From Eutreptiella sp. 'Long Island Sound 2002' (Eukaryota > Protista > Euglenida), in contig OZ038378.1 in the NCBI GenBank assembly GCA_964036045.1, positions 137,144,001 to 137,208,000 on the forward strand: 64,000 bases of DNA, read 5' to 3'. The notes beneath the pieces are model-generated. The model did no database searches. It was not told where the DNA came from and saw only the letters and a list, made by a program, of their open reading frames with translations. Made by a program: the position numbers and the translations under genes. This document shows, piece after piece, positions 63,036-64,000 of this stretch (the stretch's first letter is position 1; each line of letters begins with the position of its first letter).

Positions 63036-64000
63036 CGGCGTAGATTGTGCTGATCTGATTAACTAGGTGGCCAGGGGATGCCACAAATGAATCCCCCGCC
63101 CGTCTCCCCGCGTCTCTGCCATAGGACCTCAGGGGCCTCCATCGCGCTCAGGGGTGGCAGAGGCCCGGGGGACGAGAGCGCCCGGCCGCTTTGTAGCCGC
63201 CACTTCCAGCGGACTGATACCACGGCACCGGTATCAGGCCGCTCGGAAGTGGATACACGGGCACCAGGGAGAGGATGGGCAGTCGGCCCCCCCCGGGCTG
63301 TTGGGTGCCGAAACAGGGGCCCTCCCCTCGACCACGGCGGCGGATGGTGCAAGAAGCCTTCGAGGCGTACGGTAAGTCCTCCCCGCTGCCCGCACTTCCT
63401 CATCTTCCGTTTCCACCCGGATACGTACCTCCTCCAGTAAGTATGGGCACAGGAGGGAGCAGGCACGGGACACTGAGCACCATGCGGAGACGTGGCGACT
63501 ACCGCCGAGGGGCAACAGCGGCTGGTGATCCTGGGGTGCGGGGCCTATACCATGGAGAAGGGCGGGAATGCCCAAAGGGAACCCCCCCCCCCACCGCAGC
63601 AGCCAAGTGCCTCACCCCGTGCTTGTGTCGTGGCTGCGCCATGCCAGCGACGTGCGTGCAACGAAGGGGAGACGACAAGGGCGCCCCTCCCCCCCCCACC
63701 CACCCCCGCCCCCCCGAGGGCGGGGAATGCGGGTAGGGGGGGGGCGAAAAGCGACCCCCCCCCCGAGGACAACGCGGCAGGGTGGGGAGGCAGCGGTAGG
63801 AGGGTGCGGGACGAACCACACGGCCGTGCCCGAAGAGGGCACGCGCCGTGCAAGCCCCGGCGGGGGGACCACCGGGGGTGCGAGCGCAGGGTAGAAAGGG
63901 CGACGACGGGAGCCGCGAGGCATGCCCCCCCCCCCCCCCCCCCTGCAGAGGGACGGGTGCCGCGCCTCGTGCCTGCGCCGTGCTTGCGTCGAGCCTGCGA

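Overview
This is eukaryotic, extremely repeat-dense genomic DNA with no prokaryotic operons, rRNA or true CRISPR-cas locus. It contains TTAGGG-like motifs, microsatellites and canonical GT-AG exon candidates. The repeat style suggests a protist, possibly a euglenid, but that is unverified inference. Almost all of the window is nested, decayed mobile elements: a Penelope-like retroelement with GIY-YIG upstream of RT (~2.9-7.7 kb, -), a DIRS/Ngaro/VIPER-like tyrosine-recombinase retroelement remnant (~7.9-12 kb, -, with an inverted partial copy at 1-745), LINE remnants, a Ty3/gypsy pol fragment, several DNA-transposon remnants, and a TIR element with a TTGA target duplication. It also holds a 3.8-kb satellite of nested palindromes (72-bp unit). 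The clearest host coding sequence is a terminal exon encoding a WWE domain (37556-37717, -). The most unusual region is 56.4-61 kb. There, a decayed putative transposase, a ParB-like segment and a beta-class DNA amino-methyltransferase-like segment lie in series on the minus strand. They are interspersed with ten copies of a 16-bp palindrome (TGTCTGGWWCCAGACA) spaced ~60 bp apart with unrelated spacers. Most protein calls are motif-level readings of degenerate sequence made by eye and need HMM confirmation.
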